DNA of 64,000 nt from an uncultured Chloroflexia bacterium (GTDB taxonomy: Bacteria > Chloroflexota > Anaerolineae > Anaerolineales > UBA4823). The position numbers and the translations under genes are program-made. The stretch is from the NCBI GenBank assembly GCA_963797475.1, contig CAWCPR010000001.1, positions 53,284 through 117,283 of the forward strand, read 5' to 3'. Below the pieces are notes generated by a model that was given only the letters and a program-made list of their open reading frames with translations, was not told where the DNA came from and ran no database searches. Shown in pieces: positions 17,231 through 27,381 of the stretch (position 1 is the stretch's first letter; each line of letters begins with the position of its first letter).

Positions 17231-20200
17231 TTACTGGGCGACCAACGTCACATTCTTCGGATTGTAATTCACAGTATACCCCTGCCCATGCCCATCGATT
17301 GTGGCAAACTGACCGGCGCGTGCGGCAAAGGTCATCACGATAAAGCTGTCGCCAAGGGTAGGAACATAACCGCCGGCCAACGTGACGTCCAGCGCGCCGT
17401 CTAAGGTTGCATTTCCAACGATGGCGAACTGATCATACTCTGTAATCGGAGCCTGGCCGCCAATTTTTACATGCAGAACGCCGCTGGCGGTCTGGGTGAA
17501 ATCCCCGCCAAAACGCAACTGTCCCGACTGGACGTCCACGCTGCCGCTGTTGACGAAGGCCGGATTTACGCGGGTCTCGCCGCTGCCGCCCGATTTTGTG
17601 AGGGAGCCGTGGTTCTGGAAAGATGCCCCGCCCGTACTGATATAGATGAAGTCATCGCCCTGGAAGTCGAAGGTCGCTCCCGCCAGGTTGGCGATGACTG
17701 CCGCATGGTAGGCGGTGAGCGAGCCGTCCAGGAGAACTGCCGCCCCGGCGTTCTCCAGGCTGCGACCATCCAGGTAGCGCCCGTAGCTGCCGCTGAAGGT
17801 CAGGCCGCCGTTGGCCCGCGTGGTCCCAATGCCGCTCATGGTGCCGTAGTTCCAGGTCAGCATGCCTGCCACATCCACGTCCCCGTTTCCCGTCAGCGTC
17901 CCGCCGCTCATCGTCAGGGCGCTGGTGCCGGCGGTCAGGCCAGCGCTGACCGAGAGCGTGCCGCCAGCCAGGGTGGTGTTGGCTGCAGTGTAAGTGCCGC
18001 TCAGGGTGAGCGTGCCGGAGCTGAGGCGCACATTGAGACCAGAGAGGCTGCCGCTCAAGGTGTGCGACCCGCCGCCGATCTCCAGGGTTCCGGCGCCCTG
18101 GAACGAGCCGGCGTCCATACCGCCGCCTCGCAAGGTGAGCGTGCCAGCCTGCACGTCGACGACCCCGCTGTTGTTGAGCGGGATGTAGATGCTCGCCGAC
18201 CCGCTGCCAGCCGATTTGCTGAGCGTCCCCTGGTTGTCGAACGTGGCGCCTCCCGTGCTGGAGTAGATGAAGTCATCGCCCTGGAAGTCGAAGGTGGCTC
18301 CCGCCAGGTTGGCGATGACTGCCGCATGGTAGGCGGTGAGCGAGCCGTCCAGGAGGGCTGCCGTCCCGGCGTTCTCCAGGCTGCGGCCGTCCAGGTAGCG
18401 CCCGTAGCTGCCGCTGAAGGTCAGGCCGCCGTTGGCCCGCGTGGTCCCAATGCCGCTCATGGTGCCGTAGTTCCAGGTCAGCAAGCCTGCCACATCCACA
18501 TCCCCGTTCCCCGTCAGCGTCCCGCCGCTCATCGTCAGGGCGCCGGTGCCGGCGGTCAGGCCAGCGCTGACCGAGAACGTGCCGCCGGCCAGGGTGGTGT
18601 TGGTTGCAGTGTACGTGCCGCTCAGGGTGAGTGTGCCGGAGCTGAGGCGCACATTGAGACCAGAGAGGCTGCCGCTCAGGGTGTGCGACCCGCCGCCGAT
18701 CTCCAGCGTGCCGGCGCCCTGGAACGAGCCGGCGTCCACGCCGCCGCCTCGCAAGGTGAGCGTGCCAGCCTGCACGTCGACTACGCCGCTGTTGTTGAGC
18801 GGGACGTAGATGCTCGCCGACCCGCTGCCAGCCGATTTGCTGAGCGTCCCCTGGTTGTCGAACGTGGCGCCTCCCGTGCTGGAGTAGATGAAGTCATCGC
18901 CCTGGAAGTCGAAGGTGGCTCCCGCCAGGTTGGCGATGACTGCCGCATGGTAGGCCGTGAGCGAGCCGTCCAGGAAGACTGCCGCCCCGGCGTTCTCCAG
19001 GCTGCGGCCGTCCAGATAGCGCCCGTAGCTGCCGCTGAAGGTCAGGCCGCCGTTGGCCCGCGTGGTCCCTATGCCGCTCATCGTGCCGTTGTTCCAGGTC
19101 AGCATGCCTGCCACGGCCACGTCCCCATTCCCCGCCAGCGTCCCGCCGCTCATCGTCAGGGTGCCGGTCAATACGGAGGCCTGCCCGATATCCAACGTCC
19201 CGCCGGAAAGTACGATCGCTGCCTCGCTTTTCAAGCTGAGAACGGCATCCGCGCCACGGGAATGGACGATCGTGACAGCTCCGGGAACATCGATAATCAC
19301 ATTCTGAGTGGGGCCGGGTATGAGATTGGGTTTCCAGTTGAAAGGATCGTGCCAGGAGGTGCCATCGCCTTCGCCGTCCCAATAGACGGTGCCGTAGCCG
19401 GGCTGTTCGTGGAAGAAATCGAAAAAGAGGAACACAAAATCCCCGGTTGCCGGGCCGACCCCCTCTATTATGCGGGTTTTATTGTTCGCCACGTCATAGG
19501 CGACGGCTGTAAAGGGCTCCCCAGCGGGGATGAGAGGCACAAAGAAGTAGCCGCCCGGGTCTGCTACTCCGCTGAAGGGAATGGGTGAACCGGCCGAGAA
19601 TACCTTAATGATCACCGGGCTGGCTGCTTGCGGAGCGCGAGCGGCGCCGCCTCCACCTCCGCCCACGTTGCCGCACCCATTGCCGCCTGGAGGCGGCGCG
19701 GAGCCCATACCGGTCAGCCCGGAGCCGCCGCCCGTCTGGGAAGGCGAGCAAACAAGCGCCGGTGTTGGCGGCGGGCATTCAGCATCGCCGAGAAACCAGA
19801 TTTCTATCATCCCAAAAACTATCGTCAATCCGGCGGCGCAAAGGCCGCCAGCAAGCGGGCTAAAAATTATTGCACAGCCCAGGGACGTCAGGGTTATCCC
19901 TACCAGAACGAGCGAACGGATAATTTTAAGCTGGGTCTTCGTAAAACAGCCGGCCAAAAGGCGTGAAATCGAGTCCGCTTCCAGTTGGTTTGCCTGCGCC
20001 AGGATGCCCGAATTTTCGATGAGCGTGGCCGCGTCGATCAAAAATTGCTGAACCGCGGGCGATGGGTCACTGCTGAGCTGTTCAAAAATAGAACCGGTCT
20101 CGGTAAACTCAATAATCAATTGAGCCAACTTGTCATTGGTACCGACAGAGGTCTGGATCCCATTCAGAGTGGCCAACGATTGGGTGAAGAAGTCATGGAT

Positions 20201-21430
20201 AATGTCACTGGCTGGCCTGTTGATTGGGGTTGGCTCTTCCACCGTGATCGCGATTGACTGTGTTGTTGCGCCCGTGCTTTCATTGCGAAAGGAAAGCGTT
20301 GCAGGCCCGGCTGGCAATATCGGGAGGATGGCAGAGAGCGTTTGGGAAGAGCTTTGCCCGTCTAAATCCGGGCTTAGCAGGGCCGGCAATTCAATTTTTG
20401 TGCCATCTACCGACGAAAGAAAAACGGCCACATTCCCAGACAGCGAATAGGGGTTAAAGCCCGTGGTTTCTACCTCGATGCTCGTGCCGGGCGGACCCGA
20501 GATACCGGCCTGAACGCCAGCCACAGAAAAGCTCTGGCTGGAGACGACCGCCGAGCCCTTTAACAAAACCTGCGGGATGGGGTCAGAAATGACGTCGTTG
20601 TTCGGCGCAACGCTGGCGCTGTTGACGACCACGATTTCATCCACACCGTCGCCATCCGCGTCCGGCATAATCTGGTAGTTGACCACCACCTGGCCCGGCT
20701 GGACTCGGTTGCCAAAATCGGCTGAAGCTACCCGGTAGGGCAGGGAAATCGGAGCCGGGCTTTGAATACTTTGCGCTCCCAGGAAAGTGACTCCCATCGC
20801 ATCCCAATTGATGCCGTTTTGCGCGGTCACTTCTTGCTGGGTCAGCTCATCCACCGAGACGGACGTTCCGTCCGGCAGCGCGCCTGGAGGGATCGTGATG
20901 ATGCTGCCGATCTCGCTGCCCAAGACACCTCCCTGCGAGCCGATGACCCCGCTCGATGGGGGATTGGGCAGTACATTGACGGTGATGCTTTTGCTGGTTT
21001 GTCCGCTGGGTCCGCTGGCGACGGCTGTCAGGGTTAAGTTCCCCGCCGGGAACGCGCTGGCATCGAAAAAGACTTGATAGCCATCGCCCGGGGTGTTGTC
21101 GACGCCCAAGGAGGTCGTGGCTGCGCTGAACGCCACGCGGGTCACGGTCTTCGGATCACGCGGCTGGGCAGCCAGGTACAGCATGCCGCTGACGGTCCAG
21201 CCATCGGATGGGCTGGTAATTTCAAAGTCTGGAGGCCCAGGCGGTGTGACAATGATCGGCAAGAAAATGGTATTGGGCGCTTCAATGCCAGTTTGCGCCA
21301 GACGGTTCTGACCTTGCAAACGGCTGGCGGCCTGAAGTGTTTGAGCCTGCACAGCCAGGGGCTGGAAGGAGAGAGCAAATACTAAACAGGCCATTAAAAT
21401 CCGAGATGTCGTTTGGTGTTTCATATGCAT
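17231..21430 (-). CDS. Giant surface/secreted protein with signal peptide, Ig-like N-terminal region, internal hydrophobic/Gly-rich segment and autotransporter-type (PATR) beta-helix repeats
   Basis: Signal peptide MKHQTTSRILMACLVFALSFQPLAVQAQ. Three near-identical units of about 165 aa (...GSYGRYLDGRSLENAG...TLTLRGGG...) with G.L.L.G repeat texture. A TM-like stretch LVLVGITLTSLGCAIIFSPLAGGLCAAGL and a Gly run GGGGGGAARAP. Confidence 0.85.
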   Translation of the reverse strand: MHMKHQTTSRILMACLVFALSFQPLAVQAQTLQAASRLQGQNRLAQTGIEAPNTIFLPIIVTPPGPPDFEITSPSDGWTVSGMLYLAAQPRDPKTVTRVAFSAATTSLGVDNTPGDGYQVFFDASAFPAGNLTLTAVASGPSGQTSKSITVNVLPNPPSSGVIGSQGGVLGSEIGSIITIPPGALPDGTSVSVDELTQQEVTAQNGINWDAMGVTFLGAQSIQSPAPISLPYRVASADFGNRVQPGQVVVNYQIMPDADGDGVDEIVVVNSASVAPNNDVISDPIPQVLLKGSAVVSSQSFSVAGVQAGISGPPGTSIEVETTGFNPYSLSGNVAVFLSSVDGTKIELPALLSPDLDGQSSSQTLSAILPILPAGPATLSFRNESTGATTQSIAITVEEPTPINRPASDIIHDFFTQSLATLNGIQTSVGTNDKLAQLIIEFTETGSIFEQLSSDPSPAVQQFLIDAATLIENSGILAQANQLEADSISRLLAGCFTKTQLKIIRSLVLVGITLTSLGCAIIFSPLAGGLCAAGLTIVFGMIEIWFLGDAECPPPTPALVCSPSQTGGGSGLTGMGSAPPPGGNGCGNVGGGGGGAARAPQAASPVIIKVFSAGSPIPFSGVADPGGYFFVPLIPAGEPFTAVAYDVANNKTRIIEGVGPATGDFVFLFFDFFHEQPGYGTVYWDGEGDGTSWHDPFNWKPNLIPGPTQNVIIDVPGAVTIVHSRGADAVLSLKSEAAIVLSGGTLDIGQASVLTGTLTMSGGTLAGNGDVAVAGMLTWNNGTMSGIGTTRANGGLTFSGSYGRYLDGRSLENAGAAVFLDGSLTAYHAAVIANLAGATFDFQGDDFIYSSTGGATFDNQGTLSKSAGSGSASIYVPLNNSGVVDVQAGTLTLRGGGVDAGSFQGAGTLEIGGGSHTLSGSLSGLNVRLSSGTLTLSGTYTATNTTLAGGTFSVSAGLTAGTGALTMSGGTLTGNGDVDVAGLLTWNYGTMSGIGTTRANGGLTFSGSYGRYLDGRSLENAGTAALLDGSLTAYHAAVIANLAGATFDFQGDDFIYSSTGGATFDNQGTLSKSAGSGSASIYIPLNNSGVVDVQAGTLTLRGGGMDAGSFQGAGTLEIGGGSHTLSGSLSGLNVRLSSGTLTLSGTYTAANTTLAGGTLSVSAGLTAGTSALTMSGGTLTGNGDVDVAGMLTWNYGTMSGIGTTRANGGLTFSGSYGRYLDGRSLENAGAAVLLDGSLTAYHAAVIANLAGATFDFQGDDFIYISTGGASFQNHGSLTKSGGSGETRVNPAFVNSGSVDVQSGQLRFGGDFTQTASGVLHVKIGGQAPITEYDQFAIVGNATLDGALDVTLAGGYVPTLGDSFIVMTFAARAGQFATIDGHGQGYTVNYNPKNVTLVAQ

Positions 21431-21433
21431 GCC

Positions 21434-21490
21434 TCTATTTTGATGAATCTCTCTTCAATATGTTGCGTGGTGCGCCACAAGCGCCCAACA
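21434..21490 (-). repeat. Copy A of conserved bipartite ~60-nt motif (GTGTTGGGCGC...ACGCAACA ... TTCATCAAAATAG), ends 5 nt before the ATG of the 17231-21430 gene
   Basis: Direct sequence comparison with five other copies. Confidence 0.7.
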
Positions 21491-21553
21491 CTATTCGAAC
21501 CAACAGTTATGCCCGCATTGCCGTCTCAAGCCGCTTCTCTGCCGAGGGCGCGC

Positions 21554-23653
21554 TTACTGCTCCTGAGGCGCCGCTTCAACGGGTTGGGTATGGATATCGA
21601 TAGAACCTAAAAACAAGGCCAGGTCAGTGATCTCTGAGGCGTTCAAAGCGTTGCCATTTTCTTGCGGGTCGGGGTGGCCGGAAGCCAACAACGCCTCCAG
21701 GTTCGGCATCGAGCCATCGTGCAGGTAGGGGGCGGTCAGGTTGACGTTCAGCAGGGAAGGAGGGTCGAAACCCGTCTCCCCGCGCACATCGCGAGGATTC
21801 AGACTGCCCACATCCAACAAGACGCCATCCATCATTCCGTTTCCATCCGGGTCTAAGGTTCCGGCCGGCCCGGGTAAAGCGCTGTTCGTCCAGTTTGGCC
21901 CGCCATGACAGGTCGCGCAGCCAGCCGATTGGAACAGCTCTCGCCCGCGGGAGACATCGCCTGCGGGGGAAGCCAGCGCAGGAACCGGTATCCCGGCGTC
22001 CAGGAAAGCCGCCAGGGCATCCAGGGCTGAGGAACGGCCGCCGTTCGGCGTTCCCAGCAGCGCCGGATCGGCGCCTGGCGCCAGCCCCACGCCATGCTGA
22101 ATGAGCTGCAGGGTCTCTTCCACATCCTGGGCTTCATCCAGGGCCGCCGACCAGTGCCAGGGCAGGGTGTGAGAAGCGTTCCACAGGGGCGGAGTTTGGC
22201 GCGGGCCGTCCGGGAACATCCAGGTGAGGCCATCTGTACCCCCATCCGGGTGACAACTGGCGCAGGACATCCACGAGCCTTGACTGAGGCGCGGGTCAGC
22301 AGCGTAATTGAACAGGATCTTGCCTTGTAGGATCTCTGGCGGCAGCAATTCAGCGCTGACCTTGATTTCGGAAACCTGCTTCAGACTTTCCAGATCGAGA
22401 ACCGTGATCGAGCGCCCGAGGTAGTTCATCACGTAGCCCCGGCGGCCGTCAGGGCTAAGGGCCATGCCGCGCGGATTCATCCCCACCGGTAAAAAGGTTA
22501 CCAGCCGGGGTTGGTCCGGCGTAGAAATATCCACCACTTCCACCAGATTGCTTCCGGCCAGGACAATATAAAGCCTTTGCCCGTCCGGGTCAGGGATTGC
22601 AGCCAGCGGGTTATTCACGGGCGACCCAAATATGACCTGATCGTTGAGCGGTAGATAGGCGGCGGCATATTCCCGGGCCTTTTCCAGATCCAGCGTCGAA
22701 ACCGCGGCGAACAACGTGGTGGTCAATCCGCGTGGCAAATCCGGGGCGGCGCGCTCGTAAGGCAGCCAGGCGCGAGAACCCAGAATGGTGATCCCCATGA
22801 GCAAGCTAGGAAAACCATGCTCGTCTGGGAGCAGCGTGATTTGCCCGGAAACGGCGTTGGCGGCAGGGTCGATGATCGTGACGCGCCCCTGGCGGCTGTC
22901 GTCCCGTCCTTCTTCGCCGCCCGCACGTGGAAAGGCCTGCTGGTGGGTGACATACACCCGCTCATCCAGATCTTCGTTGTCGCCATCATCGCTGATGGCA
23001 ACTGCAAATGGCCTGGCAGCCACCGGGATTGCCGCGATCTGCTCCAGGCTGGCGGTGTCGAATACGGCTACCTGGTCTGAAGTCGTGAGGGAGATGTAGG
23101 CTCGCGAGCCGCTTGGGGTCAAAGCCAGGCTGGCCGGTTCCGGCCCGACCGGGAGGCTGGCTTGCACCCTTTTCGCCAGGCCATCGATCACCACCAGCGT
23201 CCCGGCTGCCCGGTCTAAGACGAAAACGCGGCGGCCGTCTACCGCCATGGCGACCGACCAGGGCGTCTGCCCAACCGGGATTTCGGCCGTCTTTTCCAGG
23301 GAAGCCGCATCGAGCACGCTGATCGAGCCTGAATCAGGGTTCGCCACCCAAACCGACCCGTCAAGCGGCGAAATGGCCAAAGGCCCACTCCCGGAGACCT
23401 TTCCACTCTCGCCGTTGGCCCGGGTGACGAAGGGCAGATACGTGGCAGCGGTGTCTGTATTCAAGGGTTGTCGCAGCTCAGCCGCGCGGACCTGGCCTCC
23501 CAAAAAGATACTGGCGATACCGGTTATGACCAGCAGGATGAATTTGCGAGGGTGTGAGAAGTGTTGGGCGCCTTGGCGCGCTACGCAACACGATTTCAGA
23601 TATTCATCAAAATAGGTCGCCATTTTCGCGAAAGATGATTTTGCCGCTCCCAT
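21554..23653 (-). CDS. YVTN-type beta-propeller fused to di-haem cytochrome c peroxidase-like domain
   Basis: Two CxxCH motifs (CASCHPDGG, CATCHGGPN) and repeated ...SV.V.D....V..I propeller blades. The true start is probably downstream of the listed ATG, near the signal peptide KFILLVITGIASIFLGGQVRA. Confidence 0.75.
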   Translation of the reverse strand: MGAAKSSFAKMATYFDEYLKSCCVARQGAQHFSHPRKFILLVITGIASIFLGGQVRAAELRQPLNTDTAATYLPFVTRANGESGKVSGSGPLAISPLDGSVWVANPDSGSISVLDAASLEKTAEIPVGQTPWSVAMAVDGRRVFVLDRAAGTLVVIDGLAKRVQASLPVGPEPASLALTPSGSRAYISLTTSDQVAVFDTASLEQIAAIPVAARPFAVAISDDGDNEDLDERVYVTHQQAFPRAGGEEGRDDSRQGRVTIIDPAANAVSGQITLLPDEHGFPSLLMGITILGSRAWLPYERAAPDLPRGLTTTLFAAVSTLDLEKAREYAAAYLPLNDQVIFGSPVNNPLAAIPDPDGQRLYIVLAGSNLVEVVDISTPDQPRLVTFLPVGMNPRGMALSPDGRRGYVMNYLGRSITVLDLESLKQVSEIKVSAELLPPEILQGKILFNYAADPRLSQGSWMSCASCHPDGGTDGLTWMFPDGPRQTPPLWNASHTLPWHWSAALDEAQDVEETLQLIQHGVGLAPGADPALLGTPNGGRSSALDALAAFLDAGIPVPALASPAGDVSRGRELFQSAGCATCHGGPNWTNSALPGPAGTLDPDGNGMMDGVLLDVGSLNPRDVRGETGFDPPSLLNVNLTAPYLHDGSMPNLEALLASGHPDPQENGNALNASEITDLALFLGSIDIHTQPVEAAPQEQ
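23561..23615 (+). repeat. Copy B of conserved bipartite ~60-nt motif
   Basis: GTGTTGGGCGCCTTGGCGCGCTACGCAACACGATTTCAGATATTCATCAAAATAG. It lies between convergent-tandem minus-strand genes, antisense to both. Confidence 0.7.
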
Positions 23654-23657
23654 TTGG

Positions 23658-24542
23658 TTAAGGGTGGGCGGTTACGAGATAGGTTTCACAGGGGAAAACG
23701 ACGCCCTCGTCGTCCGTGTAGTCCTGCAGCCGCGCTTCGAGATCTCGCACCAGGGCTTCGTACACCTCAGCCTGCTGGGGCTGAATCGACATCGTTGGCG
23801 GGAGCACCGCGCTTGTGGCGGTTAATTCCTGGCGGATGAATTCCCTGGCTGACGGGTAGCGCACCGGCCCGATCCCGATAACGATGCGAACATCCTTGAA
23901 GCCTGCGCTGCGGATCAACTCGCGCAGCTCATCCAGGGTGCATTCGGGGAAAGGCGACCGGATAAGAGCGGCTGCATCTACCCATGCAACCTTTTCTAAT
24001 GAGGCTACCAGCCGGTCGTATCCCGGGTTGTACGCCAGTGAACGGAGAAAGCTGATCGCCAGACGCCCGCCAGGAGCCAGTACACGATGCATTTCGCCCA
24101 GCGCCAACTGCTGGTCGGGTATGAATTGGAGACCCTGCTGGCAAAAGACGGCATCGAATGAGCCCCCGCTAAATGGTATCGCCATAGCGTTTCCAGTGCG
24201 CCATTCGATCTCCGGCAGGATATTAGAAGAGACCTCCCGCGCCATCTCCAGCATGCCCTCATTGATATCGAGCCCAACCACCTTTCCATGTAAACCGAGG
24301 CGGGATGCTGCGCTGCGGGCGACACTGCCCGTTGCGCAGGCAACGTCCAACACCCGCTCCCCGGGCCGCAGCTCAGCAACTTCAATGAGAATTTGCGCTC
24401 CGGGGGCAAAAAAGCGTGGAACCAGGTAGCGCTCGTAAGCTTCAAAAACGTTTTCATCTGGCTGGGCTTGCTCAAATCGCTCACCGTTCAACATTGCATT
24501 CTCCTCCGATAAATTCAACTGATTTACATCAAATATATCCAA
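23658..24542 (-). CDS. Class I SAM-dependent methyltransferase
   Basis: Motif I VLDVACATG and post-I DINEGML; length fits the Methyltransf_11/UbiE type. Confidence 0.85.
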   Translation of the reverse strand: MDIFDVNQLNLSEENAMLNGERFEQAQPDENVFEAYERYLVPRFFAPGAQILIEVAELRPGERVLDVACATGSVARSAASRLGLHGKVVGLDINEGMLEMAREVSSNILPEIEWRTGNAMAIPFSGGSFDAVFCQQGLQFIPDQQLALGEMHRVLAPGGRLAISFLRSLAYNPGYDRLVASLEKVAWVDAAALIRSPFPECTLDELRELIRSAGFKDVRIVIGIGPVRYPSAREFIRQELTATSAVLPPTMSIQPQQAEVYEALVRDLEARLQDYTDDEGVVFPCETYLVTAHP

Positions 24543-24654
24543 TTAATGTCCTGTAGGCGTCCCAAAAACGTCCCAGGCAGGCAAAAATATGCACGCTGGC
24601 GAGCGCTAAATCGACGTTTATTGGGATGTCAAAACTGCCGGGTGAATGATTCGT

Positions 24655-27381
24655 CTATTTCGGGCTTGAGCAGCCCGAGCAAATCTCTTCGAATAACTGC
24701 GAATGAAGGAAAGGCTGTTTGAGCACCGGATCTTCGACTTGAGCTGCCAGGCCGGTCAGGATCGCTCCGGCCTGTTCGCAAACAAGCCGAGAGGCGCCCG
24801 CCTCGCCAGAGACAGCCAGCGCCTGACCCAGGGACTTGAGCGCACGCGCCTGGTCGTAGATGCGCCCAATCCCCTCCCAGCCGGCGGCCGCCTGGCGCAG
24901 GCGCTCAATAGCCGCGACCGGCAGACCTTCTGCCAGGGCCAGGATGCCCTGACCTTCCGCCAGGGCGACCCTGCTCTCCGGCGTATGGAATTGCTGGTTG
25001 GCGCGCTCCAGGCGGGTACTACAGGCCTGGGCGGCTGCGAGCATCCCTGGTTGGGAGGCATACCAGGAACAGGCAAACAGCAGGGGCGTCGTACAGCCCC
25101 AATCGAGATACGGATTGTCATCCATTAACCCTAAAAATTGCTGGATGGTTTCCCTGGTTTCCATCTCCAATCCAAGAGCGGCGTAGGCACGCGCCAGTTG
25201 CTCCAGATGCGGCACGGTGATCTGGATTTCTCCCCACTTCAGGACCTTCGGCAAGGCGCGCTCCAGCTCCAGGCGGGCGATCTCTGCGCGGCCCAGGTCG
25301 TTGTAGATGCGCCCGATCAGCCTGGCATTCCACAAACCCCAGCCATCCAATGCCCATTTCAACAGCTCTTGCCAGCGGTCGAGCACCTGCGCCCAGCGAC
25401 CACACAACCAATCCAGGGATGCAAGGCGGCGAAACGCGCCGCCCGGAAAGCTCAAGGCCTGGACGCGCCTGGCATAAACGTAGAGCTCCTCATACACCGC
25501 ATACGCCTCTTTGTAACGGCCCAATCCTGCCAGGTCTTCACCAATATCGAAATAAGCCCGGCAGGCGTCGTGAGCCATGCCCAGGGTGAGCGAGCGGCGA
25601 AGGCTGGTTTGAAGCATGCCAAGGCCGCGCTCTTGATCGAATTCATACACATGCACACGCGAGCTGCCGATATTGGTGAGCGCGTGTACAATGACCCCAT
25701 CCGCCCCCAGACGCTCTGCCAGCGCCAGGGCGCGCTCACCCCATTCGATTGCCTGATCGAATTCAGACGCCACCAGGTGCATCTGCGAAATTGAGCTGAG
25801 GGCGCGGGCCAATTCGACCGTATCCGGGGCCTGCTCCAGCAAGGCCAGCGCTCTCAGGTGGTGTAGTCTGGAGGCCTCGCGATCGCCGAGCTCCCAACAC
25901 AGCCGCCCGATCACCCGCTCTGTATCGCCGGCCTTCAAAAACTCACCCAACCGCTCGAACAATACTCGAGCCGATTCGAAGGATTCGAGCGCGCTTTGGG
26001 TTTCCATGCTTACCCATTGGCACTGACCGAGTTTGTAGAGCGTCTCGGCCCGGCCGGCAGGGTCTGCCTCTGGCCAATGTTCAAGGGCGGCCCGGTAGTG
26101 CTCGGCCGCATCCTTCAACGCGATCAATTGTTGGGCCCGGTCGCCGGCGCGCAGGGAATAGATGCGCGCCGGTTCAGCTTCGCCGGCCTGGGTGAAGTGG
26201 TATGCCAGGAATTCGTAATCTTCCGGGCTCAGGGCCTGCGCCGCGCCCGCAATTTGCTGGTGCAAATAGGAGCGCCGCGGCGCAATCAGGTCTGAATAAA
26301 TCGCTTCCTGTACCAGGTGGTGGGCAAAGGCAAAAGTACCTGCCGGCTCACTTTCGTGCAGAAAGCCCCTGGAGAGCAACTGCTCCACTGCATCCAGCGC
26401 GTCTTTATCCGCCCAACCCCCGGCGCGTTGAACAATGCGATATTGAAAGACGCGTCCAGCCACGGCGGACGTTTGAAGAAACGCCTGCGTTATTTCGCTC
26501 AATCGTTCGATACGGGCGTTGATCGTCGCACGCAGCGAGTCTGGCAAAGGCAGCCCGCTGGCTGGCGCGGCTGCGACGACCTCGCCCGACCACTGGCCGG
26601 CCTTCAGCTCGATTTCCCCTGACTCGATCATCGCGTGGGCGATCTCTTGTAGAAAAAACGGGTTGCCCCCAGTTTCGATAAAAAGGCGGTCGGCAATGGA
26701 GATGACGCTGCTTTCTTCCAAACCGGATAAGAGAGCTACCAGCTCCCGGCAAGACTGGCGCGTGAGTGGTTGCAGCGGGACCTTGAAGAAGGCGCTCTCC
26801 CGTTCAAAGCGCCGCTCAAGGCGGGCCAGGGTATGCTTGCCGCTCACTTCATCGGTTCGATAAGTGAGGATGATTAAGACGCGGCTGGGGCTCAAACGCG
26901 GTATCACATAGGTCAGCCAATCCAGCGTGGATTGGTCAGCCCAGTGCACGTCTTCAAACATCAGCAGCATCGGCTGTCTCCAGGCAAGCGTGAGAAAAAC
27001 CTGCCAGATGGCTTCAAATAAGCGGGCGCGCAAGTCATCCAGCGCCAACGCCTCTTCCAGGGACTGCGCCGCGCCGAAAACGTCTGGCGCCAGCCGGACG
27101 AGCGCAGTGCGATACCCGGCAGGGAGAGGCGCGCTGCGCAGCAGCTCCTGCGCTGAACGAAACATTTCGAGCACTGCTTGATAGGGGACTGCGCCTTCGA
27201 ATTCAAAGCAATGGCCAACCAGCGGCAGACCGCCGCGCCTTGCGACCTGAAATGCCAGGCTGCGAACCAGGTGACTTTTGCCTACACCAGCTTCGCCGCT
27301 CACGACCGCCATACAGCCCTGCCCGCCTGCGACGCTTTCCCATAACTCGAGCAGCCTGGCCATCTCACCTTCTCGACCCAC
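24655..27381 (-). CDS. AfsR/SARP-family regulator, AAA/NB-ARC ATPase plus TPR portion
   Basis: Walker A GEAGVGKSHL followed by long TPR/helical repeats. It overlaps by 82 nt the upstream ORF that encodes the DNA-binding/BTAD part. Confidence 0.8.
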   Translation of the reverse strand: MGREGEMARLLELWESVAGGQGCMAVVSGEAGVGKSHLVRSLAFQVARRGGLPLVGHCFEFEGAVPYQAVLEMFRSAQELLRSAPLPAGYRTALVRLAPDVFGAAQSLEEALALDDLRARLFEAIWQVFLTLAWRQPMLLMFEDVHWADQSTLDWLTYVIPRLSPSRVLIILTYRTDEVSGKHTLARLERRFERESAFFKVPLQPLTRQSCRELVALLSGLEESSVISIADRLFIETGGNPFFLQEIAHAMIESGEIELKAGQWSGEVVAAAPASGLPLPDSLRATINARIERLSEITQAFLQTSAVAGRVFQYRIVQRAGGWADKDALDAVEQLLSRGFLHESEPAGTFAFAHHLVQEAIYSDLIAPRRSYLHQQIAGAAQALSPEDYEFLAYHFTQAGEAEPARIYSLRAGDRAQQLIALKDAAEHYRAALEHWPEADPAGRAETLYKLGQCQWVSMETQSALESFESARVLFERLGEFLKAGDTERVIGRLCWELGDREASRLHHLRALALLEQAPDTVELARALSSISQMHLVASEFDQAIEWGERALALAERLGADGVIVHALTNIGSSRVHVYEFDQERGLGMLQTSLRRSLTLGMAHDACRAYFDIGEDLAGLGRYKEAYAVYEELYVYARRVQALSFPGGAFRRLASLDWLCGRWAQVLDRWQELLKWALDGWGLWNARLIGRIYNDLGRAEIARLELERALPKVLKWGEIQITVPHLEQLARAYAALGLEMETRETIQQFLGLMDDNPYLDWGCTTPLLFACSWYASQPGMLAAAQACSTRLERANQQFHTPESRVALAEGQGILALAEGLPVAAIERLRQAAAGWEGIGRIYDQARALKSLGQALAVSGEAGASRLVCEQAGAILTGLAAQVEDPVLKQPFLHSQLFEEICSGCSSPK

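Noticed and set aside
17471-19588. 705-aa plus-strand ORF, and other very long antisense ORFs (2175-3293, 5448-6680, 6744-7811, 10697-11626, 11642-13069, 39900-41000, 45358-46149, 51661-52515, 52549-54999, 61637-62290)
   Set aside because: They lie opposite well-supported genes. Their translations are Arg/Ala/Gly/Pro-rich low-complexity strings without motifs. They are typical GC-rich shadow ORFs.
21413-21610. Small ORFs containing VRHKRPTL (also 44765-45034 and 62765-62995)
   Set aside because: They are frame translations of the conserved 60-nt DNA motif and have no independent coding evidence.
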